Of a stretch of 64,000 bases of DNA, positions 18,542 through 27,999 are shown one piece after another. Under the pieces are notes generated by a model, which made no database searches, was not told where the DNA came from, and saw only the letters and a program-made list of their open reading frames with translations. Source of the DNA: Nitrososphaeria archaeon (GTDB lineage Archaea > Thermoproteota > Nitrososphaeria > Nitrososphaerales > JAAOZN01); NCBI GenBank assembly GCA_029775855.1, contig JARVJZ010000004.1, positions 32,001-96,000 on the forward strand. Direction: 5' to 3'. Position 1 is the stretch's first letter, and every line of letters begins with the position of its first letter. Made by a program: the position numbers and the translations under genes.

Positions 18542-18757
18542 GTGATGATGGACCCGGTTTATGAATGTAGGATTTGCTTGAAGGAGTTTCAAGGTAAAAA
18601 TAATTTAGTTGAGCATTTGAGGACAGAGCATGAAGTTCTTGAGATCGTTTCCTATGCCGCTACGACTATGATAAGTGAGCAAGAACGAGACAAGATCGCT
18701 ATGGAGTATTATAGGCAGCTCGAGCATATCAAGAAGGAGTTAAGAGGACAGGCCTAG
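18542..18757 (+). CDS. Small C2H2 zinc-finger protein
   Basis: YECRICLKEF...LVEHLRTEH (C-x2-C-x12-H-x4-H); GAGGT RBS and upstream TATA. Confidence 0.85.
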   Translation: MMMDPVYECRICLKEFQGKNNLVEHLRTEHEVLEIVSYAATTMISEQERDKIAMEYYRQLEHIKKELRGQA

Positions 18758-18820
18758 GCCCCAATTATATATTTCGTATTCATAAATCTTATAGTTAACT
18801 CAAACTAGATTCTGATAGAC

Positions 18821-21811
18821 TTGAGAAACTCTTTCAGAAGAAGCATGCTCATTTTATCTCTACTATTACTGCAGGGCACCTTACTTATCACAATGCTGGA
18901 TATGAACGTGACCGCTCAAAACGAAGTGCTCACAACAGCAAGTCGATATAGGCTTGAGCTCACACTACCTATGCCTTATGTGCCAGCAGACGGCAAAACC
19001 TATCCCCTTATCCTACAGGTAGTAAATAATGACGGGCAACCTAGATTTCTCTCAAAAGATATCGTCGTTCAATTATCGTCTTCAAACATCACAGTTGGCT
19101 ACACTGAGCCAACGGCTGTACTGAAAGCTGGGGAATCATCGAGGGTAGTAGCCTTTAAGTCTACCTTCAACATAGGCTACACAAACATCACAGCTTCAGC
19201 GGGTGGTCTATTAAGCAGCACCACAACAGTAAGAACAGTCGGCATAAGCGGTGCTCCTGCAAAGCTCTCGGCGCAAGTTCTACCTAGTAGACCGTTAGCG
19301 AAAGCTGGAACAAAAGCAATAATAGTTGTAGAGATCTTAGATGGAAACGGTCTACCAGCACGCGCCGCTGAAGATCTTAACATATCACTTTTCTCTAGCA
19401 AAACTAGCATAGGGATAACCGATTCAACGCTTACTATACGTAGGAACAGCACATTTGGCACAGCGTATTTCTACCCAACAAACCAACCGGGCGTAACTGA
19501 AGTTAAGGCAGTTGCTTCAGGACTAAAATCCACTTCAATTGAAGTTACAACAGTTGCATATAATCCGAATAGGCTTGCTGTGTATCTGCTTCCGCCAATA
19601 TTACCTAAACAGAGTAAAGGTATTCTAATAGTCCAGATTCAAGACTCGTATGGCAGACCTCAAGTCGCAACCAAAGATGTTAAGGTTATTCTTACCTCTA
19701 ATGACACCAATACCGCGCTACTCGATGCAAACTTTCTAATTATACCTCAAGGGATGAGTTATGGAAGCGCTGAGATTACTACGGGCAATATCAGCGGTGC
19801 AGCCACGATATACGCATCAGCTCAAGGATATCGAAGCTCTAGTTCTACACTTTTGGTTAGAGAGATCCACGAAGCTAGAAATGGGCGGCTTCTACTCTCT
19901 TCTGTACCTAAGCTTATCGCAGATGGACAGGTTCATACCACAGTATCAGTAATCATGATGGACGATAACTTAACAAACCCTGTTAGACCTTCTTACCCTA
20001 CACAAATCTATCTAACTTCAAGCAACACGAAGATAGGTGTAGTTAGTGAAATCGTGTTGAACAAAAACGGATATGTTTACGCTAATTTTACGTGCAACAC
20101 ATCTGGTAACACAACCATCACCGCGACTGCGGACAACTTCGATGGTGATGGAGGTGTGGTATCGGTCGTGGAGAGAGTGAACTTCAAATTAAATATACAA
20201 GTCTGCCCATCCCTTATACCTATAGATTCACCTTACAAACCAATAGTTTTAGTGGAGATGCAGAATGCTCACGGCGAACCCACAGAAGCACCAACAGATG
20301 TTGAAATAAAGCTGTATTCATCAAATACCAAAGTCGGCTACGTTGAAGAATCTCTAACGATCAAGAAGTCTGAAAGCATAGGCATATCCTTCCTAAATTT
20401 ATCTTCAGAGCTCGGCAACACTACATTAACAGCCGCGGCACCTAACTTCATCGCTGCATCAACCAGCATATCAACATTTAGAGCCGGCCCTTCTACAACA
20501 TCTCTAAATATAGAGCCCTCAATCACAATAGCCGACGGCTCAACCATCCAAAATGTGTTCATTATGCTGCAAGATATGTTCGGATACCCTGCTAAAGCGC
20601 TGAACGACATCGAAATTAAGATTTCAACATCCAACGAGGTGATAGGCACCCTGCCAACCTCTTTGACTATACATAAAGACAATACTTGGATCACAACTTG
20701 GTTCACAAAGAGCAACATACAGGGCTCAACACAGATAACGGTACACGCTGAAGGTCTCCAATCCTCCACCAAGACTTTATCCACTATACTGCTTGACTTG
20801 AATCAGACTCTCTTTGCGCAAACGACTAAAATCTATGCAAACGACAAACTCGCCATCTACAGTAGCATACAATTTGAAGGATACCCTGTTAGCGGCGCCG
20901 ATGTTGAATGGTCAACTACAGGAAATCTGTTAGATGTGGTGTCAAAAAGCGATGCTGAAGGCGTTGCAAAGGCGATATTTACTTCACCTATAGAAGGTGA
21001 ATACACAGTGAAGGCCATCGTATCTAAAGCTGGTTTCAAGGTAACCGAAAGCAGTATTAAAGTATTAGTCAAACCGCGTTCACTTTATGTTGAAGTGAAA
21101 GCGCCAACAGAAGTACGCACATTTGAGGAGTCTGAAATCTCTATTAAAGTTTTGGAAGACGGTAGACCTATAGAAGGTACTGCTGTGAACTTTAAGCCTT
21201 CACAAGGCCTTCTAAGGATATTGAATAACATTACAGATGCGCAAGGGCTCGCGAAAGCCATCTTCAGCTGCAGCGAGCCTTTAAATGCAATAATACATTA
21301 TACAGTCAAAAAGACTGGCTACGTGGTTTACAATGGAAGCTTGATCATCAACGTTAAACCTCAACCTCTAACCATAGCATTGAATACCAACGCGTCGGTA
21401 ATTGATGTTAACAACGCACTCGAAGTCACAGCATCTGTAACAAGCAAGGCCGGGGCTGTGGAAGGCGTAAAACTCAATTGGAACGTAATTGGTGGAACCA
21501 TAGTTACCAAGAGTGATGTGACAGATGCACAAGGTAGAGGGAGGCTTATTCTTAGAGGTGAAGATGCAGGTAAAGTGTCGATAGATGTTACTGCAGCGAA
21601 AAAAGGCTACAGTTCAACTATGGCATCTATAAACGTTGAAATTCTTCCTCTACCGCTTTACCAATCTATTGCTACATTCTCATTCTGGCAGAAGAACCCT
21701 TTAGCTGCTTCGATGGTTGCAGTCCTTGCTATAGTCTGCGTCTTTTTAGTTAGAATGTTAAAAAAGAGGGCGGATGCTACAAAGCAGGATGAGTTAGAGC
21801 TTATAGGGTAA
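18821..21811 (+). CDS. Large Ig-like repeat cell-surface protein (invasin/intimin Big_1-like) with a C-terminal membrane anchor
   Basis: Signal peptide; six ~100-aa repeats with L.SSN..(I/V)G; three repeats with (S/T)DA.G.(A/G); C-terminal TM plus KKR; many N-x-S/T sequons. Confidence 0.85.
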   Translation: MRNSFRRSMLILSLLLLQGTLLITMLDMNVTAQNEVLTTASRYRLELTLPMPYVPADGKTYPLILQVVNNDGQPRFLSKDIVVQLSSSNITVGYTEPTAVLKAGESSRVVAFKSTFNIGYTNITASAGGLLSSTTTVRTVGISGAPAKLSAQVLPSRPLAKAGTKAIIVVEILDGNGLPARAAEDLNISLFSSKTSIGITDSTLTIRRNSTFGTAYFYPTNQPGVTEVKAVASGLKSTSIEVTTVAYNPNRLAVYLLPPILPKQSKGILIVQIQDSYGRPQVATKDVKVILTSNDTNTALLDANFLIIPQGMSYGSAEITTGNISGAATIYASAQGYRSSSSTLLVREIHEARNGRLLLSSVPKLIADGQVHTTVSVIMMDDNLTNPVRPSYPTQIYLTSSNTKIGVVSEIVLNKNGYVYANFTCNTSGNTTITATADNFDGDGGVVSVVERVNFKLNIQVCPSLIPIDSPYKPIVLVEMQNAHGEPTEAPTDVEIKLYSSNTKVGYVEESLTIKKSESIGISFLNLSSELGNTTLTAAAPNFIAASTSISTFRAGPSTTSLNIEPSITIADGSTIQNVFIMLQDMFGYPAKALNDIEIKISTSNEVIGTLPTSLTIHKDNTWITTWFTKSNIQGSTQITVHAEGLQSSTKTLSTILLDLNQTLFAQTTKIYANDKLAIYSSIQFEGYPVSGADVEWSTTGNLLDVVSKSDAEGVAKAIFTSPIEGEYTVKAIVSKAGFKVTESSIKVLVKPRSLYVEVKAPTEVRTFEESEISIKVLEDGRPIEGTAVNFKPSQGLLRILNNITDAQGLAKAIFSCSEPLNAIIHYTVKKTGYVVYNGSLIINVKPQPLTIALNTNASVIDVNNALEVTASVTSKAGAVEGVKLNWNVIGGTIVTKSDVTDAQGRGRLILRGEDAGKVSIDVTAAKKGYSSTMASINVEILPLPLYQSIATFSFWQKNPLAASMVAVLAIVCVFLVRMLKKRADATKQDELELIG

Positions 21812-21854
21812 TATAATTTATTTTCTACTATCTGCGAGTGGGCAAAAGTTATAT

Positions 21855-22214
21855 GTGACCCCTAGCTGTCTAAAGGGTAAATTGGCTGTCTCTAAAAAAA
21901 GTCATATCCGGTTAATATTGGGTTCAGTTGCAATATTTATCGTCGCTTTTCTGTTATTCATTTTGCTCTGGTATTTTATTCTGCTAATGGCGCCAACAAT
22001 CCTTTCAATGTTCACAGGGGTTACAGAAGTCGGTAGACCTACAGGTGGGACTATTGAGATTCTTAAGCTACAGGAGCAGCTAAGTGTGGTTGTTTTACGG
22101 TGGGGACTTATCCCTATATTCATAGGTGGCTTAGGAGATCTAACACCCTACTATGTTGGATATGGTATTATAGTGGCGCTTCTTCTTGTTTGGCGTGCAA
22201 AGAAGAGGTGGTGA
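21855..22214 (+). CDS. Small membrane protein
   Basis: 2-3 hydrophobic segments and a basic C-terminus. Confidence 0.6.
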   Translation: MTPSCLKGKLAVSKKSHIRLILGSVAIFIVAFLLFILLWYFILLMAPTILSMFTGVTEVGRPTGGTIEILKLQEQLSVVVLRWGLIPIFIGGLGDLTPYYVGYGIIVALLLVWRAKKRW

Positions 22215-22438
22215 ACCTGTTGAATGTATCGACGATTCGGAACATATGGGCTGTTTTTGGCGCTATATGGTTCGTAATATTCTTTACATTAACCTTTGTC
22301 AAGGAGCTTATGGAGCCTATGGCGATTATAGCTGCAATCAGCCTCTACGCTGGAATGATTCTAGCAGCCTTCACAGTAGTTTACTTAGCATATACCTTGA
22401 TTAGAAGGTTGTTAAAGGGAAGCAGAAAAGGAGGCTAA
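22211..22438 (+). CDS. Small two-TM membrane protein (start re-assigned to GTG 22211)
   Basis: GAGGTG then GTGA start/stop overlap with the upstream gene; MNLLNVSTIRNIWAVFGAIWFVIFF... Confidence 0.6.
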   Translation: MNLLNVSTIRNIWAVFGAIWFVIFFTLTFVKELMEPMAIIAAISLYAGMILAAFTVVYLAYTLIRRLLKGSRKGG

Positions 22439-22920
22439 GTTATCACAACTACAGCTGGCGCCTGTGAACCAGACTCTATTGCTTCATTGTAGTTGGGTAT
22501 GTAGTAAGCCACTAAACCTTGAGAAGGCTTATTCCCTTTGATAAGCAGAATCTGAAAGTCTTCGCCTACTTCAAACGAAGAGATCGTGCTTGTCACAACT
22601 CTTGCGTCAATAAGTAGGCTATTTTGGTTTAGAAACTTGTAGCCGCCCGTAAATATAAACGACACCTCATATTCTTGCCACACCCCGCGGATAAGGTATG
22701 ATGCTTTGTGGAAACCACTCCCCTTTGCAACTCCGTCATGTATTAATCCCGAGCCTTGCCAAGTGTTAAAGGCAACTCCTCCGCCTGGTATGCCAAATGT
22801 ATGTCGAGCTGAAAATAGGAAGCTATGCTGGTTTTGCTGCGCAACAACCTGAGCTAAGGGCAGCATCAAAAATAAGAGTGAAATAGTTACCGTGGTAAAC
22901 AAGAAGTATCGACTCATCAA
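22435..22920 (-). CDS. Secreted beta-rich hypothetical protein
   Basis: Signal peptide ..PLAQVVA|QQ; GAGGA RBS. Confidence 0.65.
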   Translation of the reverse strand: MMSRYFLFTTVTISLLFLMLPLAQVVAQQNQHSFLFSARHTFGIPGGGVAFNTWQGSGLIHDGVAKGSGFHKASYLIRGVWQEYEVSFIFTGGYKFLNQNSLLIDARVVTSTISSFEVGEDFQILLIKGNKPSQGLVAYYIPNYNEAIESGSQAPAVVVIT

Positions 22921-22977
22921 TAATATTATCCTCTCTCTTTCATTTAAGCTTTGAAGAGTGGCTACTTATCTTACTAT

Positions 22978-23036
22978 TCTTATTAGTAATAAGAGAGCGA
23001 ATAAGTATACATCTTGTTCATTTGCAAGATGTATAC
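22978..23036. promoter_or_regulatory. Two adjacent palindromes, putative operator sites
   Basis: TCTTATTA-G-TAATAAGA (22978-22994) and GTATACATCTTG-N8-CAAGATGTATAC (23005-23036). Confidence 0.55.
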
Positions 23037-23507
23037 AAAAAGTTTGAGCCTTGACTTTTATGATTAAGCACCTTAAAGGGTTTGGGAATAAACCTAGATC
23101 TACAAAGGTTTTTAACCCCTTTTTATATTCGACGATGTACTTTGTCTTTCTGGTAAGTTTAGCTACTGCTTATTTAGCTTCAGATGCACATAAATCTAGG
23201 TCCATTATGTTTAGGCTATTGATGGTGATAGTTTATTATAGCTGTTTGCTTGATGGTAATCTTTGGTTGTGGCACCAACCTCTTTTGCGCCTAATGGTAG
23301 TAGGTGATATTAATCTATACATTAGGAGGGAGGGGTTAGTCCTCAGAGGTGTTTATGCTAATTTATCACTGGATGACAACTCTGCTTACCCTTCTTAGTT
23401 AAGTAATTTTGAGGCTTGTAGGAGCATGGTCTAGCTAAAGAAATACCTAACTACTAATTGACGATACTTTTAATAAGTTTAGTATGGTATTAGGGGAAGG
23501 AGGGTAG

Positions 23508-24764
23508 GTGATGACTTCTTCTTTTGAAAATATCTCCCCTTCGTCTGATTCTTCTCTGCTTACGATTGAGGACCTTGACTTAAGTGGTAAGACGGTTGTT
23601 CTAAGGGTAGATATAAACACGCCTATAGACCCAAAGACGCTGAAGCTACTTGAGCTAAATAGAATAATGGAAGCAGCGGTTACGATAAAAGATCTTTCAA
23701 ATTCTAAGGTAGTAGTTATGTCTCATCAAGGGCGAGTTGGTCGATATGATTACATACCCTTAGAGCAGCACGCAGAGGCTCTATCTAAAGTGCTTGGCAA
23801 AGAGGTTAAATTCGTAGACGATGTATTTGGTCCAGCTGCGCGTGAGGCAATATCATCTCTCCAAGATAACCAAGTGCTGCTGCTTGATAATCTAAGGTTT
23901 ACCGCTGAGGAGAATGTGGAGTATACACCTGAGGCCGCGGCAAATACTTATCTTGTTAGAAAGTTAGCGCCTTTGTTTGATGCATGTGTGCTGGATGCTT
24001 TTCCAACAGCCCACAGATCAAGCCCTTCAATAGTAGGTTTTGCTGAAGTTTTACCTACTTGCGGGGGTAGGCTTATTGTGAAAGAGCTTAAGACGCTTAA
24101 TAGAATTCTTAAAGTCGCAAAGGGCCCATATGTCGCTGTTCTAGGGGGGGCTAAAGTATCTGACCGAATCGAAGCTGTAGAGACGTTAATCAGCAATAAA
24201 AGAGCGGATAAGGTTCTTTTATGCGGATTATTAGCGAACGTCTTTTTACGTGCAGTAGGCAAGCTCCGTATGCCGCTGGGGATAGATAAGGAGGAGCAGT
24301 ATGTAAAGAAGGCCCATACTCTCCTCGACGAATACCCTGATGTATTTGAGTTCCCCTCTGATGTTGCTGTTGAGAGGAGCGGTGAAAGAGTTGAAGTTCG
24401 ACTAGAAGATCTTAGGGAAGATGAAGCTGTTTACGATATAGGGCATAAAACTGTTGAAAACTACTCTAAGATTATACGCGGTGCAGGAACAGTATTCATG
24501 AGCGGGCCCCCAGGCTTTTTCGAGAAAGAAGGGTTCGGCTACGGTACCGAGTCGCTCCTTAGGTCTATGGCTTCATCCTTTGCTACGACTATTGTGAGCG
24601 GTGGTCATCTGAGCGCAGCGCTGCAAAAGTTTGGTATTAAGGAGTGGATTGACCACGTCAGTACGGCTGGTGGTGCGCTGGTGCTTTATTTGGCTGGTAA
24701 AAGGTTGCCCTTGATAGAAGCCTTATATAAGGCTGCGAGGCGTTGGCAGGCTAGTAGTAGGTAG
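23508..24764 (+). CDS. pgk: Phosphoglycerate kinase
   Basis: RVDINTP, SHQGR, LLDNLRF, DAFPTAHRS, LGGAKVSD, STAGGA. Confidence 0.97.
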   Translation: MMTSSFENISPSSDSSLLTIEDLDLSGKTVVLRVDINTPIDPKTLKLLELNRIMEAAVTIKDLSNSKVVVMSHQGRVGRYDYIPLEQHAEALSKVLGKEVKFVDDVFGPAAREAISSLQDNQVLLLDNLRFTAEENVEYTPEAAANTYLVRKLAPLFDACVLDAFPTAHRSSPSIVGFAEVLPTCGGRLIVKELKTLNRILKVAKGPYVAVLGGAKVSDRIEAVETLISNKRADKVLLCGLLANVFLRAVGKLRMPLGIDKEEQYVKKAHTLLDEYPDVFEFPSDVAVERSGERVEVRLEDLREDEAVYDIGHKTVENYSKIIRGAGTVFMSGPPGFFEKEGFGYGTESLLRSMASSFATTIVSGGHLSAALQKFGIKEWIDHVSTAGGALVLYLAGKRLPLIEALYKAARRWQASSR

Positions 24765-24769
24765 AAGGG

Positions 24770-25801
24770 TTGGGTATGAAGGTTAAGGTTGCTATTAACG
24801 GGTATGGTGTGATAGGGCGTAGAGTTGCAGACGCGGTAGCAAAGCAGGATGATATGGAGCTTGTAGGTGTATGTAAGGTAAGTCCAGACTATAAGGCGCT
24901 CTTCGCTTTGAATAAAGGCTATAAGGTCTTTGCCGCGGATGAGAAGGGTATAGAGAAGTTCCGCAAGATGGGTATAAGTGTTGCTGGTACAGTATCAGAT
25001 ATGGTAAGAGAAGCAGATATTATAGTAGATGCTACACCCGGAGATGTAGGACCGCAGAATAAGGAGATGTACGCTAAATCTTCTAAGAAAGCTATCTTTC
25101 AAGGCGGTGAAGAGCATGAGTTAACAGGCTTCTCATTTGTTGCGCAGTGCAACTATAATCAAGCTTTGGGTAGGCAGTTTGTCAGAGTTGTCTCGTGCAA
25201 CACAACGGGGTTATGTAGGGCCTTAAACGCTCTTGACAATGGTTTTGGTGTTGAGAAGGCTAGGGTTGTTATAGCTAGGAGAGCTGCTGATCCTGATGAG
25301 ATTGGGCGTGGACCTATAGATGCGGTTGTGCTTGACCCTGTGACTCTACCTTCCCACCACGGCCCAGATGTGAAGACTGTTCTTCCACACATAAACATAA
25401 CCACAATGGCATTGAAGGTGCCTACTACTCACATGCATCTGCACAGCCTTATTGTGCAGCTAAAGGATAAGAGCGTTTCTGTTGATAAGGTTAAAGAAGT
25501 CTTCCGGCGTACACCTAGAATTCTGCTTGTTAGCAGTAAGTTGGGAATAAAGTCTACGGCACACGCATATGATGTTGGGCGAGAGATTGGGCGTGAGAGA
25601 AGTGACCTATTTGAAAACATAATCTGGGAGGATTCAATTACTGTAGAGGATTCTGACCTCTACTTATTTATGGGTGTGCATCAAGAAGCTATCGTTGTGC
25701 CAGAAAATATAGATGCTATAAGGGCTATGTTCAACCTTGAATCAGCTGAAAAATCTATAGAGAAGACTAACAAGACTTTGGGAGTGAAGTCATCCATCTA
25801 A
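24770..25801 (+). CDS. gap: Archaeal phosphorylating glyceraldehyde-3-phosphate dehydrogenase
   Basis: INGYGVIGRRVADA, RVVSCNTTGL, SHHGPDV, HQEAIVVPENIDAIRAM. Confidence 0.97.
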   Translation: MGMKVKVAINGYGVIGRRVADAVAKQDDMELVGVCKVSPDYKALFALNKGYKVFAADEKGIEKFRKMGISVAGTVSDMVREADIIVDATPGDVGPQNKEMYAKSSKKAIFQGGEEHELTGFSFVAQCNYNQALGRQFVRVVSCNTTGLCRALNALDNGFGVEKARVVIARRAADPDEIGRGPIDAVVLDPVTLPSHHGPDVKTVLPHINITTMALKVPTTHMHLHSLIVQLKDKSVSVDKVKEVFRRTPRILLVSSKLGIKSTAHAYDVGREIGRERSDLFENIIWEDSITVEDSDLYLFMGVHQEAIVVPENIDAIRAMFNLESAEKSIEKTNKTLGVKSSI

Positions 25802-25901
25802 TAGCGCTAACCTTCAAACCGCATAGTTAATTCACAGCTCCAAATAGGCTAGAGCGGGAAAGTTTTATAAGAGAAAACGGTGGAGGCTGCTCAATAGAGC
25901 A

Positions 25902-26753
25902 ATGAGTAGAGAAGTGTTTGAAGTATACAAAGGTTCAAGCGACTATGTAGCCTCTGAGTCTCTCAAAAACGCTGTAAACGCTGCAATAACCTTAGGACGA
26001 CCCTTACTTGTGCGCGGAGAGCCTGGTACTGGCAAAACATTGCTAGCACACAGCATAGCAAGAGCGCTCGGTAAGCGACTAATAGTCTTTAACGTTAAGT
26101 CTACAACCAAAGCACAAGAGGCGCTATATGTCTATGATACTGTCAGAAGGTTAAATGATGCTAGGTTTGGCGATAGGGATGTGTCTGACATTAAGCAGTA
26201 TATCAAGTTAGGTAAGTTAGGTGAGGCGTTTGCTTCACCCGAGCAAGTTGTGCTCTTAATAGATGAAATAGATAAAGCTGACCCAGAGTTCCCTAACGAT
26301 CTCCTTAACGAATTGGACGAAATGTCTTTTTACATACCCGAAACTGGTGAAACTATTAGGGCTAAGCATCGCCCTATAGTTATTATAACTAGTAACGCTG
26401 AAAAAGAGCTTCCAGATGCTTTCTTGAGGCGATGCATATTCCACTACATAGAGTTTCCAGACCCAGAAACTATGGAGAAGATCGTCAAGGTTCATTATCC
26501 AAATCTTCGTGAAGACTTGCTTAAAGAAGCAATCAAAACCTTCTATAAGATTAGGAGTATTGATGATTTGAAGAAGAAGCCGTCTACAAGCGAGCTGCTT
26601 GACTGGATTTACGTTCTTTTACGGGCTGATGTAAGTCCTGATAAGATATCGAAAGAAGTCCCGTTTATCAATGTGTTATTGAAGAAAGAGACAGACTTCC
26701 ACTACTTTGTGAATAACTATTTGGGTAAAGGTAGCGGGTTGCTAAGGCGTTAA
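25902..26753 (+). CDS. MoxR AAA+ ATPase (CoxD-like)
   Basis: GEPGTGKT, LLIDEIDKAD.EFPNDLL, TSNAEKELPDAFLRRC, KKPSTSELLDW. Confidence 0.92.
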   Translation: MSREVFEVYKGSSDYVASESLKNAVNAAITLGRPLLVRGEPGTGKTLLAHSIARALGKRLIVFNVKSTTKAQEALYVYDTVRRLNDARFGDRDVSDIKQYIKLGKLGEAFASPEQVVLLIDEIDKADPEFPNDLLNELDEMSFYIPETGETIRAKHRPIVIITSNAEKELPDAFLRRCIFHYIEFPDPETMEKIVKVHYPNLREDLLKEAIKTFYKIRSIDDLKKKPSTSELLDWIYVLLRADVSPDKISKEVPFINVLLKKETDFHYFVNNYLGKGSGLLRR

Positions 26754-26755
26754 GT

Positions 26756-27928
26756 TTGTTCACAGGCTTCTTTTACACACTTAGGAAGCATAAGGTTCCG
26801 GTCAGTCTAACGGAATGGATGACTTTGATGGATGCGTTATCTAAAGGTCTTGCTCAATCTAGTCTGGAAAATTTCTACTACTTGGCTAGAGCGATATTAG
26901 TTAAGAGTGAGGCCTTATACGATGCATACGACCAAGCTTTTCAAGAATACTTTAAAGGGCTTGAAGGTACCGCTGAGATTAGAGACGAGATCTGGGAGTG
27001 GCTACAGAATCCTCTTGTAAAAGAACTATTCACCCCAGAAGAAATCGATGCTATGAGCAATATGAGTCTAGGGGAATTAATGCGTGAGTTTGAGAAGAGG
27101 CTTAGAGAGCAGAGGTCAAGACACGACGGAGGCTCATACTGGATAGGGACAGGAGGAACCAGCCCATTTGGACACTCAGGCTATCATCCAGCAGGCATCA
27201 GAGTAGGCGGTGAGTCTAGAAGTCTAAGAGCGGTAAAAGTAGCTGGAGAAAGGCGCTTCAAAAACTTGAGGAGAGACGTTATCTTAGATGTAAGACAGAT
27301 GGAGATAGCCCTCAAATCTCTAAGAATTCTAAGTAGAGTAGGCCCAGAAGACGAGCTTGACCTAGAAGGCACGATAGATGCTACAGCGAAGAATGCTGGT
27401 GAGCTTGAGTTAAGGTGGAGGCGTAGTAGACGCAACACCGTAAAACTCCTCTTACTTATGGATGTAGGTGGTTCAATGGATCCCTACGCTGGGCTCTGTA
27501 GTAGGCTGTTTACCGCAGCTAACGCGGCGACGCATTTTAAAGACTTCAAATACTTTTACTTCCATAACTGCATATATGATAAACTCTATACCGACATGGA
27601 GCGTCAAGAGTGGGTTAACACAAAATGGGTTCTACAATCATTGGATTCTGAATACAAGGTGATAATTGTTGGGGACGCTATGATGGCTACAACTGAACTT
27701 GTATCACCCTATGGCGCTATAAATTACAGCGACTTTAACGAGACACCTGGAATAGTTTGGTTAAGGGAGGTTGCTGAACACTTTCCATACTCTATTTGGC
27801 TTAACCCGGTTGAGCCCTATTACTGGGACCATACCACTATAAGTATGATAAGAAGGATATTCCCAATGTATCATCTTACTTTAGACGGGTTGACTGAAGG
27901 GATTAAAAGGTTAGTAGCGCGGCGATAA
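26756..27928 (+). CDS. VWA-domain CoxE-like protein
   Basis: WIGTGGTSPFGHSG, LMDVGGSM, YFHNC, VGDA.M, WLNP. Confidence 0.9.
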   Translation: MFTGFFYTLRKHKVPVSLTEWMTLMDALSKGLAQSSLENFYYLARAILVKSEALYDAYDQAFQEYFKGLEGTAEIRDEIWEWLQNPLVKELFTPEEIDAMSNMSLGELMREFEKRLREQRSRHDGGSYWIGTGGTSPFGHSGYHPAGIRVGGESRSLRAVKVAGERRFKNLRRDVILDVRQMEIALKSLRILSRVGPEDELDLEGTIDATAKNAGELELRWRRSRRNTVKLLLLMDVGGSMDPYAGLCSRLFTAANAATHFKDFKYFYFHNCIYDKLYTDMERQEWVNTKWVLQSLDSEYKVIIVGDAMMATTELVSPYGAINYSDFNETPGIVWLREVAEHFPYSIWLNPVEPYYWDHTTISMIRRIFPMYHLTLDGLTEGIKRLVARR

Positions 27929-27999
27929 ATTAAAGCACTTTTAATATTAGAGGCAAACAATATATCGAACTTAAATTTATCAAAAAAGATGTGGAGTAG

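Noticed and set aside
23051-23398. 115-aa hydrophobic ORF
   Set aside because: TTG start, no clear RBS, no motif, atypical composition; treated as probably non-coding
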